Shown one piece after another: positions 53,301 through 64,000 of a stretch of 64,000 bases of DNA (the first letter of the stretch is position 1; each line of letters starts with the position of its first letter). A program made the position numbers and the translations under genes. The notes under the pieces were generated by a model. The model did not search any database, was not told the DNA's origin, and worked only from the letters and a program-made list of their open reading frames with translations. Origin of the DNA: Marsupella aquatica (lineage: Eukaryota > Plantae > Marchantiophyta); NCBI GenBank assembly GCA_973895155.1, contig OZ316897.1, forward strand, positions 18,634,457 through 18,698,456, in the 5' to 3' direction.

Positions 53301-56300
53301 TCGTCTGGCTCCTCCATGGAGATGCCAGGGAAGAGTGGGAGGAAAAATCACATCAATTGGCTAAGCAGGTAAGTTAGTCTTCATATGTCCTTTGCATTAG
53401 TGCTTTATCTCTGACTTTGATGTCAGTTGGTTAAATTAATCTAGTACTATGTCTTTATTGTACCAAATATACTTTCTCAATTATTGTGATACGCTCCTTG
53501 TGAATTGATATTGGGTTTGGTCTACGGTAATATGCTAAGCTATGGCTTAACTTGTATATCCATATCTTACAATCCCTTTCGAGATTGTCTCAGCCAGTTG
53601 TATGTCTATTTACCTTTGTTGACCTATGGTTATGTTACAATGTTTTGAATCTCCATCCATGTGGTGAAAGTGAAATAATGAGATTGAAGGAGTCAGTCTT
53701 GGTACGTCGATCAGGGGATCTTATGATTTATACATGATGATTGATACGGTGAGCTTCTACAATGTTTCATTCACTAGTTTCTATTGCTTTCTTGGCATAG
53801 TGATGACTCTTTACTTCTTGACCTTCCAGATTCTCCAAAAGTACATATATTGCCATGAGCTTGATGACAACAGCCTCTGTGCATTGTTGAGCACAACAGA
53901 GACAACTTTGCACACATTGGATGCCCTCCGGAAATTTCTCACCTGGAATGTACCTACACTAGTCATTCCCAGAACACTTCATGCTCTTGTGAATCTCCTA
54001 GAACTGACAAACAACAGTCGAGAGCATGTTCTGTTGCCATTGACATTGGTGCTAAGCAACCTTTTCTATCAATATCCTCATCAAAGGATTGAGTTTACTT
54101 CAATTCCACATGCCCTGGACAGACTTCTCATCCTCTTGGCCGCGGATGTAGATGAGCATGTACAACAGTGGGCAATCAATGCATTAGGAAATTTGGCCTT
54201 AGATGGTGGAAATAGGACCAAGATCATCAAGTTTCCAAATGTCATTGGAAGACTTGTCACGCTCTTGGCCGAGGGCACTGCCAAGAATTTACAATCTTCT
54301 GCTGCCTTTGTGTTGGGAAATTTGGCAGCGGATGTTGAAGGCAGGAACAAGATTGTCAAATATCCAAATGTCATTGGGAGACTTGTGGCCCTTTTGGCTG
54401 AGGATGTAGGTGAGGATGTACAAAAATGGGGGGCTTACACATTAGCAAAGTTGGCTATGGATGAGGAAAACAGGATCAAGATCATCAAATATCCAAATGT
54501 CTTTGGGAGACTTGTGGCCCTCTTGGCTGGGGATGTAGTCAAAGATATACAACAGTTGGCAGCTCAGGCATTAGGCAACTTAGCCAAGGATGTTGGAAAT
54601 AGAATTAAGATCATGGAGTTTCCAAATGTGATTGGAAGGCTTGTCGCGCTATTGATCGACGGCACTAGCAAAGAGTTGCTATCATGTGCAGCTTTGGCAT
54701 TAGGGAATTTAGCCCTGGATATTGAAACCCGAATAAAGATTGTTGAATTTCCAAATGTCATTGGCAGACTTGTGGCCCTCTTGGCTGAGGATGTAGGTGA
54801 GGATGTTCAACGATGGGGAGCTTTCACATTAGCAAAGTTGGTTGCGGATGTTGAAAACAGGATCAAGATTGTCGAATTTCCAACTGTCATTGGGAGACTT
54901 GTGGCCCTCTTGGCTGAGGATGTAGGCAAGGATGCTCAACAGTGGGCAGCTCAGGCATTGGGTAACTTAGCCATGGATGTTGAAAACAGAAACAAAATTG
55001 TTGAATGTCCGAGTGTTATTGGAAGACTTGTGGCCCTCTTGGCCGAGGATAGAGACAACAAAGTACAGCTATTTGCAGCTCGGGCGTTAGCCAACTTAGC
55101 CTCTATTGTTGAGAACAGGATCAAGATCATTGAATATCCAAATGTCATTGGGAGACTTGTGGCCCTCTTGGCCAAGGATGTAGGCGAGGATGTACAGCAG
55201 TGGGCGGCTTGTGCATTAGGGAACTTGGCCTTGGATATTGAAAATAGGATCAAAATCATGGAGTTTCCAAATGTCATTGGAAGACTTGTCGCGCTCTTGG
55301 CTGACGATGTAGGCAAGGATGCACAGCAGTGGGGGGCTTTCATGTTAGCACACTTGGTTGTGGATGCTGAAAACATGATCAACATTGCCAAATTTCCAAA
55401 TGTCATTGAGAGACTTGTGGCCCTCTTGGCAGAGGATGTAAGCAAGGATGTACAACAGTGGGCAGCTCTGGCATTAGGTAACTTAGCCTTTGATGTTGAA
55501 ACTAGGATGAAGATTGTTGAATGTCCAAATGTCATTGAGAGACTTGTCGCCCTCTTGGCCGAGGATGTAGGCAAGGATGTACAGCGATGGGGGGCTTTCA
55601 CATTAGCACAATTGCTTGTGAATGCTGAAAACATAAACAAAATTGTCAAATTTCCAAATGTCATTGGAAGACTTGTGGCCCTCTTGGACAGGGATGTAGG
55701 TGAGGATGTTCAACAATGGGCAGCTCTGGCATTAGGCACCTTAGCCTTGGATGTTGAAACCAGGATGAAGATTCTCGAATGCCCAAATGTCATGGGGAGA
55801 CTTGTGGCCCTCTTGGCAGAGGATGTAGGCGAGAATGTACAGCGGTTGTCAGCTCGGGCATTAAGGAATTTAGCCTTAGATATTGAAAACAGGATCATGG
55901 TCATCCAATTCCCACAGCTTATTGGGAGACTTGTGGCTCTGTTTTCCTTGGATGTGAGTGATGGTACAAGAAGTTGTGTAGCAAAAACCTTGCGAATATT
56001 GTCGTTGGAAGTACAGAGTGGGGACTATGAGGGGGCACTTCAGGATTATGAAGACACTCTGGCGGGGATTGATCCAAAAAATGGGGTTCTTTTATGGTAA
56101 AGAAGCTTATCACTTGGTAGAAGTACCATACAATAATTGATTGATGATTAGATCATGGATGAAAATTAGCCTCAAAGCTGATAGATAGGGCTTTCTTGTA
56201 TAGGTGTGATGGAAGTTTTATAAAGCTGATTGATTGATTGTTAGGAGAGAAAGATAGTCACTACATGCAGTACCCTCTAATATCTTTCCCCACAAAATGA

Positions 56301-56729
56301 TGGCCCCGGCAATTTCATTATTTTCTCACAGGATTGGACATGCTGTCTTTGATTTGCAGTAACAGATGTTTTGTGAAAGCAAAGCGTGGAGATTTTGACG
56401 GGGCTCTCACAGATATCAATAAGTTCATTGAACTAGGAGGTGACAGAGTTGTTGGCTTGCAGGAAAGGGGCATTGTGAAACGAATGAAAGGCGACCTGCA
56501 TGGGGCACTCGCAGATTTGAACGAATGCTTAAGCCTGCACCGAGATGACTATGAATGCCTTAAACATCGCGGTTACATCAGGTTCTTGTTGTCGGATGAA
56601 AATGGAGCCCGGGCGGATGCTGAGCGTGCACGCACAGCCAAACCTGGATATGTAGACAACTGTGGGTATGGAAGTGACCTTCTCCTCGGAACAAAGTCAG
56701 TAGAATATCTCGGCTATAACCTAAAATAG
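50381..56729 (+). CDS. NLR-like STAND protein: alpha/beta-hydrolase + NB-ARC + ARM repeat array + TPR; exons 50381-51019, 51465-51632, 51765-52481, 52643-53368, 53830-56096, 56360-56729 (>=1628 aa; first exon not located)
   Basis: Hydrolase motifs ILFFHGL, WPQTWL, VVLVGHSIGGLVIK (GxSxG), YYSTPHQGS, GADHFSICRP. NB-ARC motifs GGPGQGKTS (P-loop), LLIILDDVW (Walker B), YLITTQ (RNBS-B), DRHPLVL (GLPL-like), WSLHA (MHD-like). 43-aa ARM repeats follow, then TPR-like GDYEGALQDY, GDFDGALTDINK, RGIVKRMKGDLHGALADLNECL. The six exons total 4887 nt and are all GT-AG and in frame. Confidence 0.88.
54106..56010 (+). repeat. Coding tandem array of 129-bp (43-aa) ARM repeats, 14 full + 1 partial
   Basis: ccaaatgtcattgg.agacttgtggccctcttggc.gaggatgtagg recurs exactly every 129 bp from 54106 to 55912. 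Confidence 0.95.
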
Positions 56730-59293
56730 CAAGGCTGTACATCACAACCGCACATTACTTGTTACTTATCATGATATTGAAAGTTTCTTGAGTTGTACCA
56801 GGCTACGATATATGCTTTCAAAATGAATGATTGTTGAACATGATCTTCTATAGAAGTTTCGTTTACGGGAGCTAGACTGAGTCGGCGTTGTCACGAGGAT
56901 GGGTGGCTGAGACCAAGGTCATAGTCTTCATATTTCTCATTGGAGTCTCTGCAGGTGTTGTTCCCGGTGTTGTTCTTTGCATTGGAAATCAACCTGTTGC
57001 GTATACCTGGGATCGGTTTTCCCAACACGTTTGCTGACAAGCTAGGAGTGAGGAAGTTTAACCCACTGCTACCGTCATCACCATGAAGAGTCTCCTGTGT
57101 TTGTAAACTAAAACCGTATATCCTCTTCACCGCTATTTTATCGTGATCGCATTCTCCTGAGAATTGTTGGTTAAATTTTCAGAATTGCAGAATACTAGAT
57201 ACATGCAGGTTGCTCATTGTGTCATGATCGCCATATTCGTGAAATTATATTCTACTCTTTCGGGTTAGCCGTATGTTAATCCACCCGTTACTTCTACACC
57301 TTCCACTTTTGGTCATGCACTCATACATGAGCAATATTAGAAACAGGAAACTCTCGGATTATTCTCCAGGCAGCGCTAAGTGTGGCATTCAAATTCTCAT
57401 GGACTACTTCACTGAATGAACCCACCGCACTTACTATGTGAATATTGACTCATGTTGTCAGTGGTCACTTTGATTGCTTAGATAAACTCATCCTTATCTT
57501 TAAGGCAGACCGGTTTGAGAACTTGTGGCAATTGTCGTCTGTCTATTGAGACCCAATAGTAGATATGACTGATACTGATTACAATTGATATAATCCTACG
57601 CTGATGATGGGTCCCTAAGGAATTTTCAGTCCCTTGGTAGCCATTACAGAAGCTTCCTATTGCGTGCGGGATTGCATGACCAGATGTTGATTCCATTTTC
57701 CATCTGATGCACCGAGGTCACGAATGTAGAAACAATTTGTGCCTACTCAAAACTTCAGGTCAGTCTCCATGAAACGTTCAGTATAAGCAATAAGCTTGGA
57801 ACTCTATTCCAATTGTACTACGAAGCACCTAAAACCTGGATGAAATAACTTGCCTGCCATTGGGATCCCAATCATCATCTGTAGACATAAAATGCTCAGC
57901 AGTCGCCATGGTACAGCTCGTCAACAATTTAATACTCCAGCATTGTACACTTTCAGGCCAGCTAGCACAATGAATAGACATGCAATGTAATCGTCATTGC
58001 TTTGAGCAAAATCCAACCACGTAAGCGAGAAGGATTAAAACAAGTACCTGTGCGTCTCGAGGACTGCTGTAAGTGACTACTTTGGCGCACACTTTCATTT
58101 TTGACTGCATTGTTTGCAATGTAGGTCAGCAAGTATCTGGGGGTGACTTATGAACCTTCGAGGATACCTTACAAAATACTGGAGAAGGAGCAACTATCCA
58201 GCTCTGAATCAGTCGACGGATCCGGAGTCACAGGATCGTTGTTGTAAGGGTTGACGGTTAGTTGAAGCATACAATATAGAATTTTGTAATCCGGTTTCTT
58301 CCAGTGTCGGTGAAGTCTGTTTGGTCCCTTCTTTGATGGGTATATGCCATCACAGCCAGAATTCGTATCTATGTTTTCGCTCACGATTTTGAGCTTACCC
58401 CGTTGCAATTCATGATCATCAAAATGGAGAGATGATTGTGCTCCTTCCATGCGACAGCCCCTTGGCTGTGTACATAGTAGTCAAGTAGGTGCCTAAACTT
58501 GACAACTGGACAAAGATTCCGAACTGCCTATACAGAACATTGAAACAAGACCAAAATGAACGAAAAAGAATGGAAAAAGCTTGTTCGTATCTCATGAGAT
58601 CATTCCACAGAGATACCAACAACACAGGAAAAAACGCGTGCAGGGGCAGATATCATGTTCTAGAAAGCGAATTCGAGGTATACCAATACAATGCGGACAA
58701 AGAACACAGATTTCTTGTCTCTTTACGTTGTGACGGGTAGAACACTGTCTACGCGCAATTATGATGATCGATAACAGACATCACTCTTGTGCCCACCCGA
58801 AACTAAGATCCAAGGCCACGGAGGTCAACTCAGACCACAAAAAGATGGCGTACCTTACCTAGCGCTGGTACACAGGGACATGATTGCCCTTACGATAATC
58901 ATTCCTGAACTACCTTGTTGGAGCCACAATTCTTGGTCTGGGGTGAGAGGAAGAATTCTGAAGTTTTTGTCTGAGTCTTTTTCCATTGCATACAAGAAAG
59001 ACAGTACAGGGAACCGGGAAGCTGTTATAGTAGTGTAGAAAATTCATATCTGATTATCTGACAGGTGTTGTGTATTCTCTCCCAAGAGGTGAAATTGTAC
59101 CAGGTTCCTTTCATGCCTTGGTTGTACAACAAGCTTGGAGGTGTACCGAGTACTCCTTATGCTTTGACTCTTATAGATCACATTGCCATTTAAGAACAAC
59201 CCCGGATTCTCCTCACACCTTCACTGTTATATATCACATTGCCAAAGAACAAGTCTGGGTTCTTCTCATGCCAATGAACCAAAAACAACAGGA

Positions 59294-61275
59294 AACTTAG
59301 TAGAGGGGAGTAAACATGGGAAAAACTTGGTCATTGGTTTTTTATTGGTTTTTCCATTAGTAAGAAAGTCCCCCCAAAATGACCACAGTTAGGACTCAGG
59401 TATGATTCAATTATGACTTCTTTTCACTTGAGTCAAGTCTAAGACTCAAGGGCTCAAGTTATTTGTCTTGCCACTCCATAAGTCATTTGAATGACTCTTG
59501 TAGGAGTCTTTATAATTACAGCGTGCACTTCCACCTAGAGTCTCCCCAATCATAACAAATGACTCAATTAGTCATAATTAAGTACAGTAGTAGGGATTGA
59601 TTCCAAGAGTCATAAGTAACGAACCTCCTAGTTGTACTTAAAGACTAGTGATTATAGTGGTTATAATTAATTACTCCCATAGTCATTCATATTGACTCAA
59701 AAAAGTCATATTGGGTCATACACACTCGCATACACAAGTGATATTAGTCTATATATTAGTCACAATTAATGGCTTCATGAATAATAGTTAACAAATATTT
59801 TGAATGACTCACAATGATAAGTATCCACTCAGAAAGAGATTTTTGTGGAGTCACAAGTGACACAAGTCATGAGACTAAGCTATCTCAGACGGGAGAGCTA
59901 AGAATCATCAGATCATTGAATGAATCCTTGTAGGGACATGACACAAGATCACTTGCTCCAACTTCAATAATCCAGTTAATACAAATACAAATATGCAAAA
60001 TAAAAATGTTTCATAGCTCAATCAATTGATAACTCAAAATCATAATCAAATTTGATGTAGATTAACATAAAATTTGATTGATACCATAAAATCATAATTC
60101 TTTTTCGAAAGCACTATTCCCAATTTGACTATTGAGACCTCCGAGCATCTTTGTGTAGCCCTTGCCCCACGCTACCTTCCCTCCACATTCTTTCTTCCAA
60201 AATTTCATCCCAAAATTAAAACTGTTCATCCACTTTAGTCTCCAAAATTGAAACTGCCCTTAACTTTCTCCTAGAATATATGTCAGAATCATTACGTATT
60301 GCCACATCTTGTTGCCTATCCCTTGCCCTAGGCTACCTTCCTATCAACTTTTAAACACAAGACCACCATTCATGAATAAGCTTTTGGCCTTCCTCATTGG
60401 GATTTGACCCTCCAACTTTTCATCTCTAACTTCACATTCTTGGGTCTAGCCATGAAGCCCTAGCTGATACTGTGCTCCTTATTTAATTTCAACCCAAGAA
60501 AACTTCTCTACACTTCTTAATTTCTCACAATAAGAACAAAATCAAAAAATTAATTGTCACAAAAAGTGTCAAAAGTTCAATCTCTCCACATCGACTTGAC
60601 TTCCTTCCATTTTCACCAAGAAAGTGACTCATCCACAGAAGTCTCCACTAGAACCTTCAAACTTCAAGCCACTACAAGAAAAGAGCAATCACTCCTATCT
60701 ACACTCCCATCATCTTCTATTCTCCCTCTCCTAACTCCACATCAAACTCCATAGCTATCCACCTAGAAAACCTCACCAAAAATTTAGAGAGCAAGTCAGC
60801 AATGAATTATTCTCACAATTCCACTTTTTCTCCACAATACTTCTTTTTCTCCATGATAGCCTTCCACTACACAATATTTTTCAACATCTTCTCTTCTTCT
60901 CTTCTAGTATGCTTCTCCAAACTTCCATCTCAAGGCTCACCACCTTGAAGCCCAACACTTGGCGGCACCTCAACCATAACCAAACCAACAAATGCCACAT
61001 GATTGCTCTTCCTATGTGCGACCTCACTTCTCTTGATATATTTACTTATATGTAGTACTATGTAAGTTACACAAGTTTACATAGTCCAAATCAAGAAACC
61101 TTGAGTCATACAAAAGAATGATTGGAGTCATTCTTGTTGACTTAGCTATACTCCTATGACATTAGTCATTGAGGGAGTGTTGTAAATGACTCCATTCCAT
61201 TTGGAGTCGTAGAAAATGGCTGGGGCACCTGAGCCCTAAGTAGTTGGGTCATAATCAACCCCTTTTCTACTAGTG
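59294..61275. mobile_element. Possible non-autonomous CACTA (En/Spm)-like element rich in TGACTC/GAGTCA subterminal motifs
   Basis: ccttttctactagtg at 61261-61275 reads CACTAGTAGAAAAGG on the minus strand. A degenerate counterpart (acttagtagagggg) lies at ~59295. gactc/gagtc motifs are dense at 59390-59880 and 61100-61210. No clear 3-bp TSD. Confidence 0.4.
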
Positions 61276-61871
61276 TTCATAGCACAGTTTAAGACCTGGT
61301 CATTTAATAAGATGAAAATAAAGGTTGGCTGCTAGAATTTCTTTTTCAGTGTGCGGTCCAATACTCTGCCCCTTTTATCTGGGCTTTTTGCCTTAGAAGG
61401 CAGCAATTCACTTCACCGTCGAAAGTACCAAGGTTCCCGAGTTCCTCACTTCTTTTCATCCTGCTGGCTACCCATTGCGCTCAAAGAAGTTAGGGTTATG
61501 TCTTTTAAAGACTTTGCTGGAGACTTTTAAAGTTTTGTTGAAGAAAATAGGGGTGTTTTAATCCAATTTTGAGAATTATAAGAACTATAGGGGATTTTAA
61601 TTCCAAATTTGGGAATAATATTCCATAAAGTTAGGGGTTAAGAAATAGTTAAAACATATCTTATTTTCTTAACTTTTAGGGTGTTTATTACTTGAAAACT
61701 TTGAGTGTGATAGAGGACCTCCTTGGAGTGAGGCCCCTGAGCCAAGGTTCTTTCATGGTGTTCAATGTTCCAAAGTTTTAAAGTATCTCATGAAGTGTTT
61801 TGTTTTTATAGTGCTCTCCCTCATCATAGAAAAAGAGCAAAACTTCTCCATCAAGTGTTATCTGTAAAAGT

Positions 61872-62082
61872 ATATAATCAATATTGAAAGTTACTCTCTG
61901 GGCCTAGTGTTGTGATGTCTATAAAATTATATATTAATCACATAGAAACCTACTCCCTGGGCCTAGTGTTGTGACATCTATAAAAGTATATAATCACAAT
62001 TGAAAGCCACTCCCTGGGCCTAGTGCCGTGATTTCTATAAAATTATAATTACAATTGAAAGCTACTCCCTAGGCCTAGTGTC
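61872..62082. repeat. ~56-bp tandem repeat x4
   Basis: tataatcacaattgaaag.tactccctgggcctagtgttgtga..tctataaaa repeated four times. Confidence 0.85.
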
Positions 62083-62676
62083 TAGAGTGAAAACTCTATA
62101 TAGACTTTGGGGATATGACTAAAAGTGAGGGTGCAGACAGAAAACCATGGAGCAAGGATGATCAAAACAAGTAGGGAATATTTTTTCAAGGTTCATTTTT
62201 TATCTCACCTCTATTTACGTTCAAGGAAGGAGGGTAGTCAGGCTAACCCTTAGTGTCGTAGAACTACTTATCTCAAAGCGCTAGGCAGATTCTCTACAAA
62301 AAATTAGAGGGCACTCACGAAGCAAGGTCAGCAAATGAACTTGTTTCATGCGATTACATCAAGCCGACCCAGATTTTAACTCACTACAATGCTCAGTTAC
62401 AACAGACTAATTTCAAATTCTCCTTACGGTCCTCCTTCAACTCCCAAGATTCAAGGAATAGAAAAATATTGGTGATCATTAAGGCATCTCAAGGCTTCGT
62501 AGTTATAAATCATGGCTTTTGGCCTTAAATAATTGGCCACAGTTTTTTCACATGGTTGCGTAAAAATTTGTTTTTTTCAGTAGCCTCTACACTGACTTAT
62601 GGTTTGGCCAAAGGTTTTTCACAGGGTTATGTAAAAAAAATTAGAAATCTCACTAATCCCTATAGTGACTTATGGA

Positions 62677-62703
62677 TTAGGGGTTTAGGGTTTAGGGTTA
62701 GGG
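62677..62703 (+). repeat. Short interstitial telomere-like tract
   Basis: ttaggggtttagggtttagggttaggg. Confidence 0.55.
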
Positions 62704-63475
62704 CATATTACCAATCTTCATGGGCAAAAGTTATGGATTATGAATTAGGTAGTCCACAACTTGTTCTGTTTGCCATTCATTAAATTTGATGGTTTCAGAC
62801 CCCCATTTTATCCCAGGGGCACCAGCGACCATGAAAGTTAAAGACAGTCGACTCTGTATCGTGTTAGTAGGGCATCTCAAACTTCTTCATTTTGCCTCCG
62901 GTCACTGTCGAGCACATTTTCCCGGAGAAAAGTGGCAGACACCAAAACAAGTTTGTGGACACGCTTGTGACCACAGATCAAAACTGGTACTTACAGGCCA
63001 GGTTTTTTTGGTTTGAGACTCCTTGTTACCACCCCAATCTGAACTGGTACTTTCAGGCCAGGTTTTCCTTCGGCGGACCTACAGGTTTGAGACACCCTAT
63101 TACTCATAATTTGAACAAACAGTGGGCAGCTTGTCAAAATTGACCAGAGAGCGGTTAGAGGCTTTCCAAGGTTTTGGCTATCTGCAATTAGTGTTTACTT
63201 GAACTTTTTCCCAGGCATAGGGGTATTGGGTTCCAAATCTGGAGATTTGGTGCGCAGGAACGTTAAGATCATGCCAGATCAGATGGTGCCGGAGATGATG
63301 CACAGAAAGCCCACACGAGCATTCCTGTTCTCGAATACTACTGTAGATGATGCAAGCATTCCTGTTCTTGAATACTAGCCTGATTATTCATGCTTTATTC
63401 ATGCTTTGAATCTAAGTAGAGATCGGGGAATTAGATATATATCCAAAAACAATTATGAGCTATTTTCCATTCATC

Positions 63476-63710
63476 TTTGCCACCTCTATTTTGTGTCTAC
63501 CCTCACTTTGTCTTTGCCACCCCTATTTTGCGTCCACCCTCACTTTCAGTTTTTGCCTTTGCCACCCCTATTTTGTGCCCACCCTCACTTTCAGTTTGTG
63601 TCTTTGCCACCCCTATTTTGTGTCCACCCTCCCTTTCAGTTGTCCTTATTAAAAGTTGAAGTCAACCTATTTAATGTCCACACTCACTTTCAGTTTTATC
63701 CTTATTAAAA
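63476..63710. repeat. ~33-42-bp minisatellite (tttgccacccctattttgtgtccaccctcactttcagtt) x4 plus a partial copy
   Basis: Directly visible; produces the repetitive spurious ORFs at 63406-63708. Confidence 0.85.
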
Positions 63711-64000
63711 GAAGTTAATGTCTAGAGGCCTCACTCTAGACCCAAACCCTGGAAAGCAGCTTTGCACACTCTTTCATCACTCTATATTAGAAAGATGACG
63801 AGGCTAAAGAGAAGCCTCAACTAAAACAGCTGCAATCAAATTGTGCCACATGAGACCCCTTCCTGAAGGTACTTGAGATGATACACATGATTCCAAATAT
63901 GACACGCACAATCAAAGCATACAAGCCATCTGAGATGATAGACGCTGTTCCCCGAGAGGCAATCAATCATATAAAAAAAAGTGTACAGAGACTTTATAGA

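Noticed and set aside
54081-55904. Repetitive antisense ORFs (e.g. 54951-55664, 237 aa)
   Set aside because: They are shadows of the ARM-coding strand, open because of its codon pattern.
53734-56100. Treating the 788-aa ARM ORF as an independent gene with a hydrophobic N-terminus
   Set aside because: The first ~32 codons are T-rich intron sequence ending in a good acceptor (ttccag, 53829) in phase with the upstream NB-ARC exon.

Overview
Eukaryotic, intron-containing plant DNA. The gene content (hydrolase-fused NB-ARC gene, CRE-like retroelement) suggests a bryophyte, most plausibly a liverwort; this is inference only. In order, the window holds: the 3' part of a subtilase gene, a ~0.9 kb MITE-like element, an intronless divergent RBX1-like RING-H2 gene, a minus-strand plant HTH-domain gene, a ~7 kb repeat/TE island (40-bp satellite, foldback-like repeats, a 5'-truncated CRE-type non-LTR retrotransposon), a VPS13X-like gene with a 10.4 kb single exon, a peroxisomal ALDH10, a glutaminyl-tRNA synthetase, an unusual NLR-like gene, and a repeat-rich tail. 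The most striking feature is the NLR-like gene at 50381-56729. It splices cleanly into >=1628 aa with the architecture alpha/beta-hydrolase / NB-ARC (STAND NTPase) / 14.5 near-identical 43-aa ARM repeats with variable helix-3 positions / TPR. It has no LRR and resembles fungal NLRs with highly conserved internal repeats more than canonical plant NLRs. All exon boundaries were read by eye and need transcript confirmation.
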